Shown: piece after piece, positions 52,309 through 61,157 of the stretch
Numbering within the stretch: the first letter of the stretch is position 1
Layout of the letters: each line of letters starts with the position of its first letter
Assembly: GCA_964521295.1 (NCBI GenBank)
Contig: CAZFRF010000001.1
Coordinates: 270,146 to 334,145 of the forward strand
Direction: 5' to 3'
DNA from: an uncultured Gammaproteobacteria bacterium
GTDB taxonomy: Bacteria; Patescibacteriota; Microgenomatia; Levybacterales; UBA12049
Length of the DNA: 64,000 nt
Translations under genes and position numbers: made by a program
The notes under the pieces: model-generated
What the model was told of the DNA's origin: nothing
Database searches by the model: none
Seen by the model: only the letters and a program-made list of their open reading frames with translations

Positions 52309-52336
52309 ATGTCGCACAATCCATATATTACGACAT
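52309..52336. repeat. 28-bp imperfect palindrome (dif/Xer-like site or operator)
   Basis: ATGTCGCACAA-TCCATA-TATTACGACAT (11-6-11); the inverted symmetry extends outward (TCAAA...TTTGA). Confidence 0.5.
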
Positions 52337-52427
52337 GGTTTTGAAGCTAAAATTATATTAAGAAAAATCACTTGAAGCTAGTGGAGAAATAAGTTTATAT
52401 TTTCAATCTTTACTATCTTTCAATTTA

Positions 52428-53069
52428 TTAACGTGGCATTACTCCATTTCCAGGCATAAAGGCTCTTTTTAAGAGCCCAAATCTAGAACCCGTAGTTTGC
52501 TTTTCCGTAACAGCTTCCCCAAAAGCAAATAAATTCATATCACTTATCTTACGAAGTTTATCCACTACGCGATCATTTTCTTGCGTTCTTAGATGGGTTA
52601 CGCCAGAAATTAAATTGGGCAATCTTACAAGTCCTGGGTATATATCTCTTGCAGATGTCATCTCTTCTGACCGAGGATACCAAATAAGTACCCTAGTAAC
52701 ATCTTCTCCTTTGCCATAACTTTCTAAAACACCCCAAAAATCATGTGGTTTTAAGTATTCAAATTTCCTTACCCCACCATCAGTTATAGGAAATAATGCT
52801 TCAGAATTAAAGCCAATTATTGTTCCATCCTGATAGGCAGATCCAACAAACTCTTCACCTTCTCCAAATCTTTTCAAAGGAGTAGCTCCGGCAATTTGTA
52901 GAAAATCTTTTAAGGCCTGTCTTGCTCTCGAGTCAGCACCCCATTCACCACGAACTGATATTCGAGATGGGGAATGTGGCTGTACAGGGCAATCATCGTC
53001 AAAACCATGATCATCCCAATGCTCAGGACTTCTAAAATCTCCTTTTCCAAATGATCGATATTCATTCAT
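52428..53069 (-). CDS. Hypothetical protein
   Basis: Long ORF; start set at ATG 53069, 7 nt after TGGTATAAT. Confidence 0.7.
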   Translation of the reverse strand: MNEYRSFGKGDFRSPEHWDDHGFDDDCPVQPHSPSRISVRGEWGADSRARQALKDFLQIAGATPLKRFGEGEEFVGSAYQDGTIIGFNSEALFPITDGGVRKFEYLKPHDFWGVLESYGKGEDVTRVLIWYPRSEEMTSARDIYPGLVRLPNLISGVTHLRTQENDRVVDKLRKISDMNLFAFGEAVTEKQTTGSRFGLLKRAFMPGNGVMPR

Positions 53070-53128
53070 GTGGGGTATTATACCAAAAATAGTCATCCTA
53101 AAAAAAATATTTATGCTAAAATCTTTGC

Positions 53129-53956
53129 GTGAGTATTAATCAAAATAATTTTGACAAAAAATATTATTACGAAATCTGCTTTGGCTCAGAAGACTTTAAG
53201 AAAAGCAAAGGATTAAAGGTTGCTCCTCGTGTAAAGAAAATGATTGACGATCTAAACCTTTCTAAATCCATGGATGTTTTAGAGATTGGCTGCGGAAGAG
53301 GAGATACGGCTCTATACATAGCAAAAAAAGTTAACTCGGTTACTGCAATAGATTACTCAAAAGACGGAATAAAAATTGCAAACAGTATCAAAAAGAATTT
53401 TCCTAAAAAAATTCAAGATAAAACTAAATTTTTTGTAATGGATGCAACAAAATTATCTTTTAAAAATAATTCTTTTGACTATGTAATCTTAATTGACACA
53501 ATTGAACACTTAAATACTAAAGAACAAATTAAAATGTTAAATGAAATACAAAGAGTCTTAAGACCTCAAGGAAAACTATATGTAAGAACATGTACAAATA
53601 AGATCTTAAATGATTTTACATATAAATATTATTCATATCCTTTAAATATATTTCTCACCTGGATTGATAAAATGATAAAAGGCGTTGATTACGAATCTTT
53701 ACCTAAAAATCCCAGAAATAAAGAGCAGAAAAAGCAACACATAAATGAATGTACATATTTTAGTCTTAAAGAGTTGTTTGCTAAAACAAATTTCAAAGGA
53801 AATATAAAGTCAGAAGTTGGATTATTAAAAGAAGGAATCTCCAGAAGAACTAAATTATATAATTTTGCAATTGCACTATTTCCAATTTCTAAATATTTTC
53901 CACTAAATATCTTTTTTACGTCTTCATTTAATTGCTATCTTCAAAAAGAAAAATAA
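53129..53956 (+). CDS. Class I SAM-dependent methyltransferase
   Basis: VLEIGCGRG, AIDYS, MDATKLSF....FD, IEHL, RVLRPQG. Confidence 0.92.
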   Translation: MSINQNNFDKKYYYEICFGSEDFKKSKGLKVAPRVKKMIDDLNLSKSMDVLEIGCGRGDTALYIAKKVNSVTAIDYSKDGIKIANSIKKNFPKKIQDKTKFFVMDATKLSFKNNSFDYVILIDTIEHLNTKEQIKMLNEIQRVLRPQGKLYVRTCTNKILNDFTYKYYSYPLNIFLTWIDKMIKGVDYESLPKNPRNKEQKKQHINECTYFSLKELFAKTNFKGNIKSEVGLLKEGISRRTKLYNFAIALFPISKYFPLNIFFTSSFNCYLQKEK

Positions 53957-53966
53957 TATATGAAGT

Positions 53967-54011
53967 TTAGATTGATTTGATAATCTAATTTAGTTTTTTT
54001 GCATCAAAAAA
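53967..54011. terminator. Possible weak bidirectional terminator
   Basis: TTAGATT/AATCTAA and TTTTTTG/CAAAAAA inverted repeats between convergent genes; AT-rich and weak. Confidence 0.25.
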
Positions 54012-54022
54012 GCGGAAATATC

Positions 54023-54241
54023 TCAAATTTCTTTTGAAAAAGTGATAACTGCGGCTTCTCTAGTCCAGAAAAGTAGTAATCTACGTTTCTCTAATACCAT
54101 AAAATCCATATTCCACCCTTCTTCTCCATACTTATTCATTACTTCTTCCATTTTCTTAACGGGCATTTTACTACTTGCGACAAGAAGCGTACCTATCGCG
54201 CCTTCTTTAACAACCTCAACTTTATATTGCTTTTTTGCCAT
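54023..54241 (-). CDS. DUF4177 family small protein
   Basis: QYKVEVV, EEVMNKYGEEGW. Start set at MAKKQ. Confidence 0.8.
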   Translation of the reverse strand: MAKKQYKVEVVKEGAIGTLLVASSKMPVKKMEEVMNKYGEEGWNMDFMVLEKRRLLLFWTREAAVITFSKEI

Positions 54242-54303
54242 TAATAAAATAATCACACAACCAATAATGAATGTCAAATGTTTAAATCAAAAGTGGATGG
54301 CCT

Positions 54304-55440
54304 CTAATTCTTTTGCCTTAGGAACGCGGGAATGTCCCATGAATCATCCTCTTCCTCAACTTGTGGTTGTGGTTCTGGATTAGTTGATGGAACATTATTA
54401 TTCGTACTATTCATCCCTTGAGCCTGGGAAGAATTAACTAATGGCTCTGTAACTGTTGGTGTTACGAATTCCTTCATTACTTGTCTTGTGGAATCAAATC
54501 CAGTTGCAACAACAGTAATTTTTATTTGATCATGCATCGAATCATCGATTGTAGCTCCAAAAATAATGTTAGCGTCTGGATCTGCTGCTGAAGCAATAAT
54601 TTTAGCGGCTTCATCAACTTCATTCATAGTTAAATCTGGTCCACCGGTAATATTAAAGAGTACGCCTCTTGCTCCATCCATTGATATTTCTAAGAGTGGA
54701 GATGCAACTGCACTTCTTGCTGCAGTTTGTGCTCTGTTTTCCCCAACTCCAGTTCCAATTCCCATTAAAGCAGATCCAGCATTTGCCATAATTGTCTTAA
54801 CATCAGCAAAATCAACGTTAATAAGACCAGGCAGAGTAATAAGCTCAGAAATTCCCTGAACACCTTGAGTCAATACCGAATCAGCAACTTTAAAGGCTTC
54901 TAAAAGAGACAATTTTCTATCAACTACATCTAGTATTCTTTGATTTGGAATAACAATAAGGGTATCAACTTTATCTTTAAGCTCTTCGATTGCATCTTCT
55001 GCTGCAACCATTCTCCTTGTGCCTTCAAAAGCAAATGGTTTTGTAACTACAGCAACGGTTAACGCTCCTACTTCTTTAGCAGCTTTAGCAATAATTGGCG
55101 TAGCTCCTGATCCTGTTCCACCACCCATTCCTGCTGTTAAAAAGATCATGTCTGTTCCTTCAAGAAGTTCTTTTGCTTTTTCATAGGATTCTTCTGCGGC
55201 TTGCTTACCAATTTCAGGATTTCCACCAGATCCTAATCCCTTAGTCAAATTTTCACCAATTTGCAATTTGGTTGCTGCTTGATTTAATAAAAGACTCTGT
55301 GCATCTGTATTAACTGCAATAAAATCTACACCTTGAATATTTGAAGAGGCTATCATGGAATTTAAGGCATTACTTCCACCACCACCGATACCCATTACTC
55401 TGATTTTCGCAAAATTAGTTGTTTGTGGTTTAATAAGCAT
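54304..55440 (-). CDS. ftsZ: Cell division protein FtsZ
   Basis: [23 protein letters not shown]-terminal DIPAFLR. Confidence 0.99.
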   Translation of the reverse strand: MLIKPQTTNFAKIRVMGIGGGGSNALNSMIASSNIQGVDFIAVNTDAQSLLLNQAATKLQIGENLTKGLGSGGNPEIGKQAAEESYEKAKELLEGTDMIFLTAGMGGGTGSGATPIIAKAAKEVGALTVAVVTKPFAFEGTRRMVAAEDAIEELKDKVDTLIVIPNQRILDVVDRKLSLLEAFKVADSVLTQGVQGISELITLPGLINVDFADVKTIMANAGSALMGIGTGVGENRAQTAARSAVASPLLEISMDGARGVLFNITGGPDLTMNEVDEAAKIIASAADPDANIIFGATIDDSMHDQIKITVVATGFDSTRQVMKEFVTPTVTEPLVNSSQAQGMNSTNNNVPSTNPEPQPQVEEEDDSWDIPAFLRQKN

Positions 55441-55486
55441 ATTAATTTATACGGGCATACTAGCAAATAAAAATTTATTTTGCAAG

Positions 55487-56782
55487 TTAGGGCAGGAAGG
55501 ATTTTATAAATCCGAGTATTTTAGAAACAAGTTTATTATCTACCTTAAATGAGCCCATTCTAGGAACCCCAAATCCAAATGGAAGTTTTGCATCTGATTC
55601 TACATTTGAACCATACATCGCAAGACCTATTACCGTAGAAAAATTAGGCTCTTGGATCTCATCAATAATACCTTTAATGTTATTCGCTATTGCTACTCTG
55701 ACTGGCATAGCCAAAACTCTTTTAGCGCTATCAACTGCGCCTACAGTTTTTGCTCCCCCACCAGTTATTACAAGACCCGATGGAGTTTGTCCGGCAAAAC
55801 CTGATTTTTTAACTTCAATACTAACCATAGTAAAAAGTTCATTAAGCCTTGGCCTAATTATTCCATCGACTAAAGTTTTCTTAGAGACTTTTTTCAGCTC
55901 TTCAGCAAGTGCTAAATTACTTAAGTCTACTTCATCAGAGAATCTTTCTTTAACTTTTTCTTCCGAGGTTTCTTCAGTAATTTTAGGCGCTCTTTGAGGC
56001 TGAGACAAAAACATTTTAATCTTCTCTGCCGATTCCAAAGAGATTCTAAGTCCAATTGCAAGATCGTTAGTTATGTGCCTTGCTCCAATTGGCACAACTG
56101 AAGAATAAGCCACTGATCCTTCAACATAAATTGAGATATCTGTTGTCCCTGCGCCAATATCAACCAAAATTACACCCAATTCTTTTTCAGTTTCAGATAA
56201 TACAGCCATGGAACTTGCATAGCCCGAGAAAATTACAGAATCTAAATCAACTCCTACATTAGAAAATGCCTTTTCCATATTTCTAATTGAGGTGCTACTC
56301 GCAGAAATTATATGAGTATCAACTTCAAGCCTTACTCCAGTCATTCCAATAGGATCCTTAATGCCCTCTTGACCGTCTACAATGTAGCTTCGTGGCAAAA
56401 CATGAATAATTTCTCTACTCGATGGCAAAGAGACAGCTCGAGCCGCCTCAATTACTCTAGTAAGATCGCTTTCTGTTATCTCTCCCTCTGGCCTTGCCAC
56501 AGCAACAACACCTCTTGAATTTTGCGATTCGATATGACTTCCACCAATTGAAGCAACTACATGTGAAGCATTGTATCCAGCCATTCTTTCTGCAGCTTCG
56601 AGTGAGCTATTAATAGAAGCAACTGCCTCATCAATGTCTACAATTTGTCCTTTTCTAATTCCAGACGCAGGCACCTCAGATACACCTAAAACATTTACGT
56701 ATTCTTCGTCTACTTTTGCAATTACAGAAACTATTTTTGAGGTTCCAATATCTACACCGACTACTATTTTTCCATCATTCAT
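55487..56782 (-). CDS. ftsA: Cell division protein FtsA
   Basis: DIGTSKI, DIGAGTT, HITNDLA, ITGGGA. Confidence 0.98.
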   Translation of the reverse strand: MNDGKIVVGVDIGTSKIVSVIAKVDEEYVNVLGVSEVPASGIRKGQIVDIDEAVASINSSLEAAERMAGYNASHVVASIGGSHIESQNSRGVVAVARPEGEITESDLTRVIEAARAVSLPSSREIIHVLPRSYIVDGQEGIKDPIGMTGVRLEVDTHIISASSTSIRNMEKAFSNVGVDLDSVIFSGYASSMAVLSETEKELGVILVDIGAGTTDISIYVEGSVAYSSVVPIGARHITNDLAIGLRISLESAEKIKMFLSQPQRAPKITEETSEEKVKERFSDEVDLSNLALAEELKKVSKKTLVDGIIRPRLNELFTMVSIEVKKSGFAGQTPSGLVITGGGAKTVGAVDSAKRVLAMPVRVAIANNIKGIIDEIQEPNFSTVIGLAMYGSNVESDAKLPFGFGVPRMGSFKVDNKLVSKILGFIKSFLP

Positions 56783-56784
56783 AA

Positions 56785-57204
56785 TTAGTTAAAAGAAACA
56801 ACAGGATTAGCAAACCTAAAATCTAAGGTTTTCAGCTTCTTACCTTCTATTGTAAGTCTAGACAAGACTAGTTGTAAAGAGGTTATTTGATCAGAAATCT
56901 CTTTTTTAGGAGTGAAAATTATCTCACCTTCTGGCTCTCTATTTACCATTATGGATCCATCAGAATTTAAAGTTGTTCTTAAATATTTTATATTCTGTTT
57001 TCCCAACTCATCCTTCAATTTATTTTCAAAAGAATTGTAGTTTTTTGATAAAGGATTTACCAACACGCTTTTTCCAAATGAGAAGTTGTAATATAAAAAA
57101 GATCCAACTAAAGCAATGCAAATAGCTAATATTAAAACTGAAAATATATATCTAAATTTAAATTTAGATCTTTCTTTCTTAAAACTGCGTCTTTTTTGAA
57201 ACAT
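56785..57204 (-). CDS. Minimal FtsQ/DivIB-like protein
   Basis: Between murG and ftsA; basic N-terminus, one TM helix, C-terminal LDFRF.NPVV resembling the FtsQ DLR motif. Confidence 0.6.
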   Translation of the reverse strand: MFQKRRSFKKERSKFKFRYIFSVLILAICIALVGSFLYYNFSFGKSVLVNPLSKNYNSFENKLKDELGKQNIKYLRTTLNSDGSIMVNREPEGEIIFTPKKEISDQITSLQLVLSRLTIEGKKLKTLDFRFANPVVSFN

Positions 57205-58279
57205 TGTACAAAACCTTAATTATTTTTTGAGGAGCATCATCAGTAATAATATTGGAAGAATTTAATTTATAACTTTTAAGCTTATTAAACATTTTTTCTA
57301 TTTCGGCAAAAAAACTAGTCTCATCTAAATAATTTTCGTCCGCCACTTCAGCTAAACCGATACTCTTGGCAAGCCTGGCATTTTTTAATTGCTCGTTTCT
57401 TTGCGAAAAATGAATCGGAATTAATAAACAAGCTTTTTCTAAGAAAATTAACTCACATACGGTATTAGCACCAGCTCTTGCAATAACTAAATCAGATGAT
57501 GCAAAATTCAATGCAGCTTCTTTGGAATTAACAAATTTTAACAAAGTATATCTTTTCGCTAATTCCGCCTTTAAATCTTTTTTTAACTCAAGTAATCTAT
57601 CGAAATCATTAAATTCCTTAGCGTCTCCCGTCTGATGCACTATCTCGTACTTTTCCAAAAGTTTTGCCAAATTTTTATAAACTAAATCATTAATTTTATG
57701 AGATCCCAAACTTCCTCCCGTAATATATATTTTAGGCGTCTCATTCTTAGGAAACTTTTGCTTTTTTACATCAATAATTTCTTGTTTTAAAGGAATGCCC
57801 GTAAGTACTGCTTTATTCTTGGGAAAAAATTCTCTGGAACTCTCAAAAGAAATGCAAACTTTAGTTGCAATTTTTGCCATTAGCCTATTTGAGAGTCCGG
57901 CTTCTTGAGTTTGCTCATGCAAAACCACGGGAATCTGTAAAAGTTTGGCTGCCATAACAACGGGAATCTGTACATAACCCCCAAATCCTAAAATTACATC
58001 TGGTTTAATTTCTTTTAAGATCCTGACAGCGCTAGTAACTCCTAAGGGAAATTTAGTTAATGATAAGATGGTGTGTTTCGAAAACTTTCGCTGCAATCTT
58101 GCAGTTTTTAAATTATAAAAAGGAAGACCCATCTCATTTATAACCTGGAACTCTAATGACAATGCTTGATCTCCTTCTAAAGCATGCTTTCTACCAATAA
58201 AAAATATTTCCTCATTTTTTAAATTATTAATAATTGATATCGCTGGAGACAAATGTCCCCCAATAATTACAATTTTCAT
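57179..58279 (-). CDS. murG: Lipid II GlcNAc transferase
   Basis: GGHLSPA, GFGGY, HEQ, GGSLGS, ARAGA.T, EQLKNA. Confidence 0.96.
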   Translation of the reverse strand: MKIVIIGGHLSPAISIINNLKNEEIFFIGRKHALEGDQALSLEFQVINEMGLPFYNLKTARLQRKFSKHTILSLTKFPLGVTSAVRILKEIKPDVILGFGGYVQIPVVMAAKLLQIPVVLHEQTQEAGLSNRLMAKIATKVCISFESSREFFPKNKAVLTGIPLKQEIIDVKKQKFPKNETPKIYITGGSLGSHKINDLVYKNLAKLLEKYEIVHQTGDAKEFNDFDRLLELKKDLKAELAKRYTLLKFVNSKEAALNFASSDLVIARAGANTVCELIFLEKACLLIPIHFSQRNEQLKNARLAKSIGLAEVADENYLDETSFFAEIEKMFNKLKSYKLNSSNIITDDAPQKIIKVLYNVSKKTQF

Positions 58280-58280
58280 A

Positions 58281-59348
58281 TTAGCTAGATTGCTTCTTAA
58301 TATTTAACAAAATTCCAATCGAAGTTAAATTCATAATCAAAGCGCTTCCGCCATGAGATATAAAAGGTAATGGTATTCCAGTCAAAGGAACTAATGCAGT
58401 TTGCGCTGCAAGATTAATTAAAATTTGTCCTGCTAAAAACGTAGAAATACCTCCTGCTAAAAGTTTACCAAATAAATCATTAGCGTTTCTAGCGATTAAA
58501 AATCCTCGCCAAATAATGACAATGAAAATCAAAATAATAGCAACTGCTCCTAAAAACCCTAACTCTTCTGCAATAATGGCAAAAATAGAATCCGTAGCAC
58601 TCTCAGGAAGATATGCGTACTTTTGCAAAGAATTACCAAGTCCAACTCCCATCAGACCCCCTGAGCCCAAAGCGATTAATATCTGCCTAACATGATATGA
58701 AGACTCAGCTACGTCTTGATTAAAATTTAAAAAGGTAGCAAGCCTTGCAGCCCTATATGGCTCAAATATAGCAACCAGGAACCCAATAAAACCAATTATT
58801 GGACCTAGGATAAAGAAATAAATTACTCTTGCGCCGGACAAAAAGTATACAGCAATTGCTTCTAACAAGATGATTATTCCTGTTCCCATATCTGGTTGTA
58901 AAATTACTAATCCAAGAATTAAAGAAAGCAGCATTAAAAATGCCGGCAGCCTATTTCTTTCCTTAGATGAAAACCAAGCGGCCAGATAAACTGCTAAAGC
59001 AAGCTTAACTATTTCAGAAGGCTGAATTGTGAAAAAATGCAAATCAATCCAGCGTCTTGCTCCAAGCAGCTTTAATCCCAAACCTGGAACAAAAACTAGA
59101 ACCAATAAGAAAATAGATATTAAAAGTCCCGGAAGAGCTAAATTGTAAAACCTTTTATAATTAAAATTAGCAAAAAAGATTAAAGCAACTGACCCTAAAA
59201 TAATCCAAAATATCTGATCTTTTATGAAATGATATTTATCTGCAAAATCCCTAAAGGCAACATACGAAGACGCATCATAAATCATGAAAAGACCAAAGAT
59301 GGTCATGAAGTATACACTTGCAAGCAGTACAAGATCGAGCTTTTTCAT
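58281..59348 (-). CDS. ftsW: SEDS protein FtsW
   Basis: GARRW, QPSE, QPDMG, YLPESATDSIF, LPFISHGGS; dcw context. Confidence 0.95.
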   Translation of the reverse strand: MKKLDLVLLASVYFMTIFGLFMIYDASSYVAFRDFADKYHFIKDQIFWIILGSVALIFFANFNYKRFYNLALPGLLISIFLLVLVFVPGLGLKLLGARRWIDLHFFTIQPSEIVKLALAVYLAAWFSSKERNRLPAFLMLLSLILGLVILQPDMGTGIIILLEAIAVYFLSGARVIYFFILGPIIGFIGFLVAIFEPYRAARLATFLNFNQDVAESSYHVRQILIALGSGGLMGVGLGNSLQKYAYLPESATDSIFAIIAEELGFLGAVAIILIFIVIIWRGFLIARNANDLFGKLLAGGISTFLAGQILINLAAQTALVPLTGIPLPFISHGGSALIMNLTSIGILLNIKKQSS

Positions 59349-60361
59349 TATTTAATGAACGCGAGGTATAAACCCAAAATTGCAAAGAAAACTCCAAAAA
59401 GCCATCCTCTCATTACAATTTTTGGCTCATCCCAACCTCTTTGTAAAAAGAGCAAGTGTAAAGGAGCAACTGGGAAAATTTTTCTCTTCAAAAATTTCTT
59501 GCCTAAAATCTGAATTAAAGATGAACCTACTTCTAAAACAAAAACTCCACCAATAACTACAATCGCCAAAGTTTTTCCTGTTAAAAGACCAATTATTCCT
59601 AATGAGGCACCCAACGCCATAGATCCAACATCTCCTAACCAAAGTCTGGCGCGATAAATATTAAAGTATAAAAATGCAGCCACACTTCCCATTAAAATTG
59701 CAATAAATGCACCCAAACCCTGGTCAACATTGGTATAAGAAATTGCCAAAAAGGAAACTAAACAAATAAGTAAAAGTCCCGGAGAAAGTCCATCTAATCC
59801 ATCGGCGATATTAAATGCGTTTGCAAAAGAAACAATAACAAATGCTGCAAAAGGTATATATAAAAATCCAATATCAGCAGCTCCCAAGCCACGAATAAAA
59901 AGAAAGCTGTAGCCCAAGTGATAATATAATAATACTGCAGGAACCAAAGCCAATCCCCATTGAATTAGAAACTTATGCCTAAACCTTAAACCAAAAAAAG
60001 AATGTGCTTTAGTATCTTTAACCAACTTCTTAGCATCATCATAAAAACCTAAGACTCCGAAGGCAATAAAAGTAAAGAGAATTACGAAAAGCTCCCACAA
60101 ATTTACCTTAATATTAAATATGCCTATTGTCCACAAAAACAAAGCGGTGACTACTGCAATAATCAATATTCCTCCACCAAAAGGAGTTCCTACCTTCCAT
60201 GCGTTTAATTTATCAAACACAGGTGTCGGCTTATCAAAAATGTCTTTGGTTACCTGAACCTGCCTTCGCAATTTTAATTTATACAAAAAATCAATGAAAG
60301 GAATAATCAAAATAAAGGTAATTACCAACGAAAGTAAAGTAAGTCCCAACATTTGTGCCAT
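59348..60361 (-). CDS. mraY: Phospho-MurNAc-pentapeptide transferase
   Basis: KVGTPFGGG, GFYDD, NIADGLDGL, LGDVGS, APLH. Confidence 0.96.
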   Translation of the reverse strand: MAQMLGLTLLSLVITFILIIPFIDFLYKLKLRRQVQVTKDIFDKPTPVFDKLNAWKVGTPFGGGILIIAVVTALFLWTIGIFNIKVNLWELFVILFTFIAFGVLGFYDDAKKLVKDTKAHSFFGLRFRHKFLIQWGLALVPAVLLYYHLGYSFLFIRGLGAADIGFLYIPFAAFVIVSFANAFNIADGLDGLSPGLLLICLVSFLAISYTNVDQGLGAFIAILMGSVAAFLYFNIYRARLWLGDVGSMALGASLGIIGLLTGKTLAIVVIGGVFVLEVGSSLIQILGKKFLKRKIFPVAPLHLLFLQRGWDEPKIVMRGWLFGVFFAILGLYLAFIK

Positions 60362-60419
60362 ATTTTGATATTATATAACCTAGTTCAGCTATATACAAAT
60401 ACTTGAGGCTAAAATACCC

Positions 60420-61157
60420 TTAGACAGCCTGCTGCATGATTTTTTCAGCTTCCAGAAGCTCCTCTTTTGTATTGACTCCACGCCAAACAATATTACCTGC
60501 TTTTTGCGTTTCCACTACTTCACCGTGCTTAATTCCAATATCAATTAAGCTAGTAATATAATATTCCCCAGATACTGGGCTTTTTTGAACCATTGGTAAA
60601 TATTTCTTCAAAAATTGAACACTGAATAAATAGCAGCCTGGATTTATTTCTTTAATTTCTCTTTCTTTATCAGTTGCATCTTTTTCCTCAACAATTGAAC
60701 TTAGTCTCCCATTTGTCCCCCTAACTATTCTTCCTAATCCAGTTGGATTATCTCTTTCAATTGTTAAAAATGTTAAAGCCGCTTTTGACTCGGAATGAGT
60801 CTTTATTAAATTTTCTAAAATTTCAGTTGTATAAAATGCACTATCATCACCATTAACAACTAATACATGCTCTATTCCTTCTGGTATTTCTTTTAATCCA
60901 CAAGTAACTGCATGCGCAGTGCCCAATCTTTTATTTTGAACTGCAAAGATTACCTTATTACCTAATGCATTCATTACGGATTCTTTAGCAAAACCCACAA
61001 CCACAACAATATCCTTAATATTCATTTTCTCTAAGCGCTCAATTGTGTGGATAATCATTGGTTTATCTAAAAGAGGCATTGCAACTTTATTAACTGTCGT
61101 TGCTTTCATTCTACTTCCTTTACCTGCGGCTAAAATAATTGCTCCAACTCTTCCCAT
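60420..61157 (-). CDS. GlmU-like N-terminal nucleotidyltransferase (no acetyltransferase domain)
   Basis: ILAAGKGSRMK, Q..RLGTAHAV, GRIVR, IVEEKDA, EIN.G.Y, EYYIT, GVN; ends at 245 aa. Confidence 0.88.
   Translation of the reverse strand: MGRVGAIILAAGKGSRMKATTVNKVAMPLLDKPMIIHTIERLEKMNIKDIVVVVGFAKESVMNALGNKVIFAVQNKRLGTAHAVTCGLKEIPEGIEHVLVVNGDDSAFYTTEILENLIKTHSESKAALTFLTIERDNPTGLGRIVRGTNGRLSSIVEEKDATDKEREIKEINPGCYLFSVQFLKKYLPMVQKSPVSGEYYITSLIDIGIKHGEVVETQKAGNIVWRGVNTKEELLEAEKIMQQAV

Noticed and set aside
52309-52336. The chromosomal dif / replication terminus
   Set aside because: The right arm is degenerate and by eye there is no switch in strand bias around it. Kept only as a dif-like site; skew was not computed.
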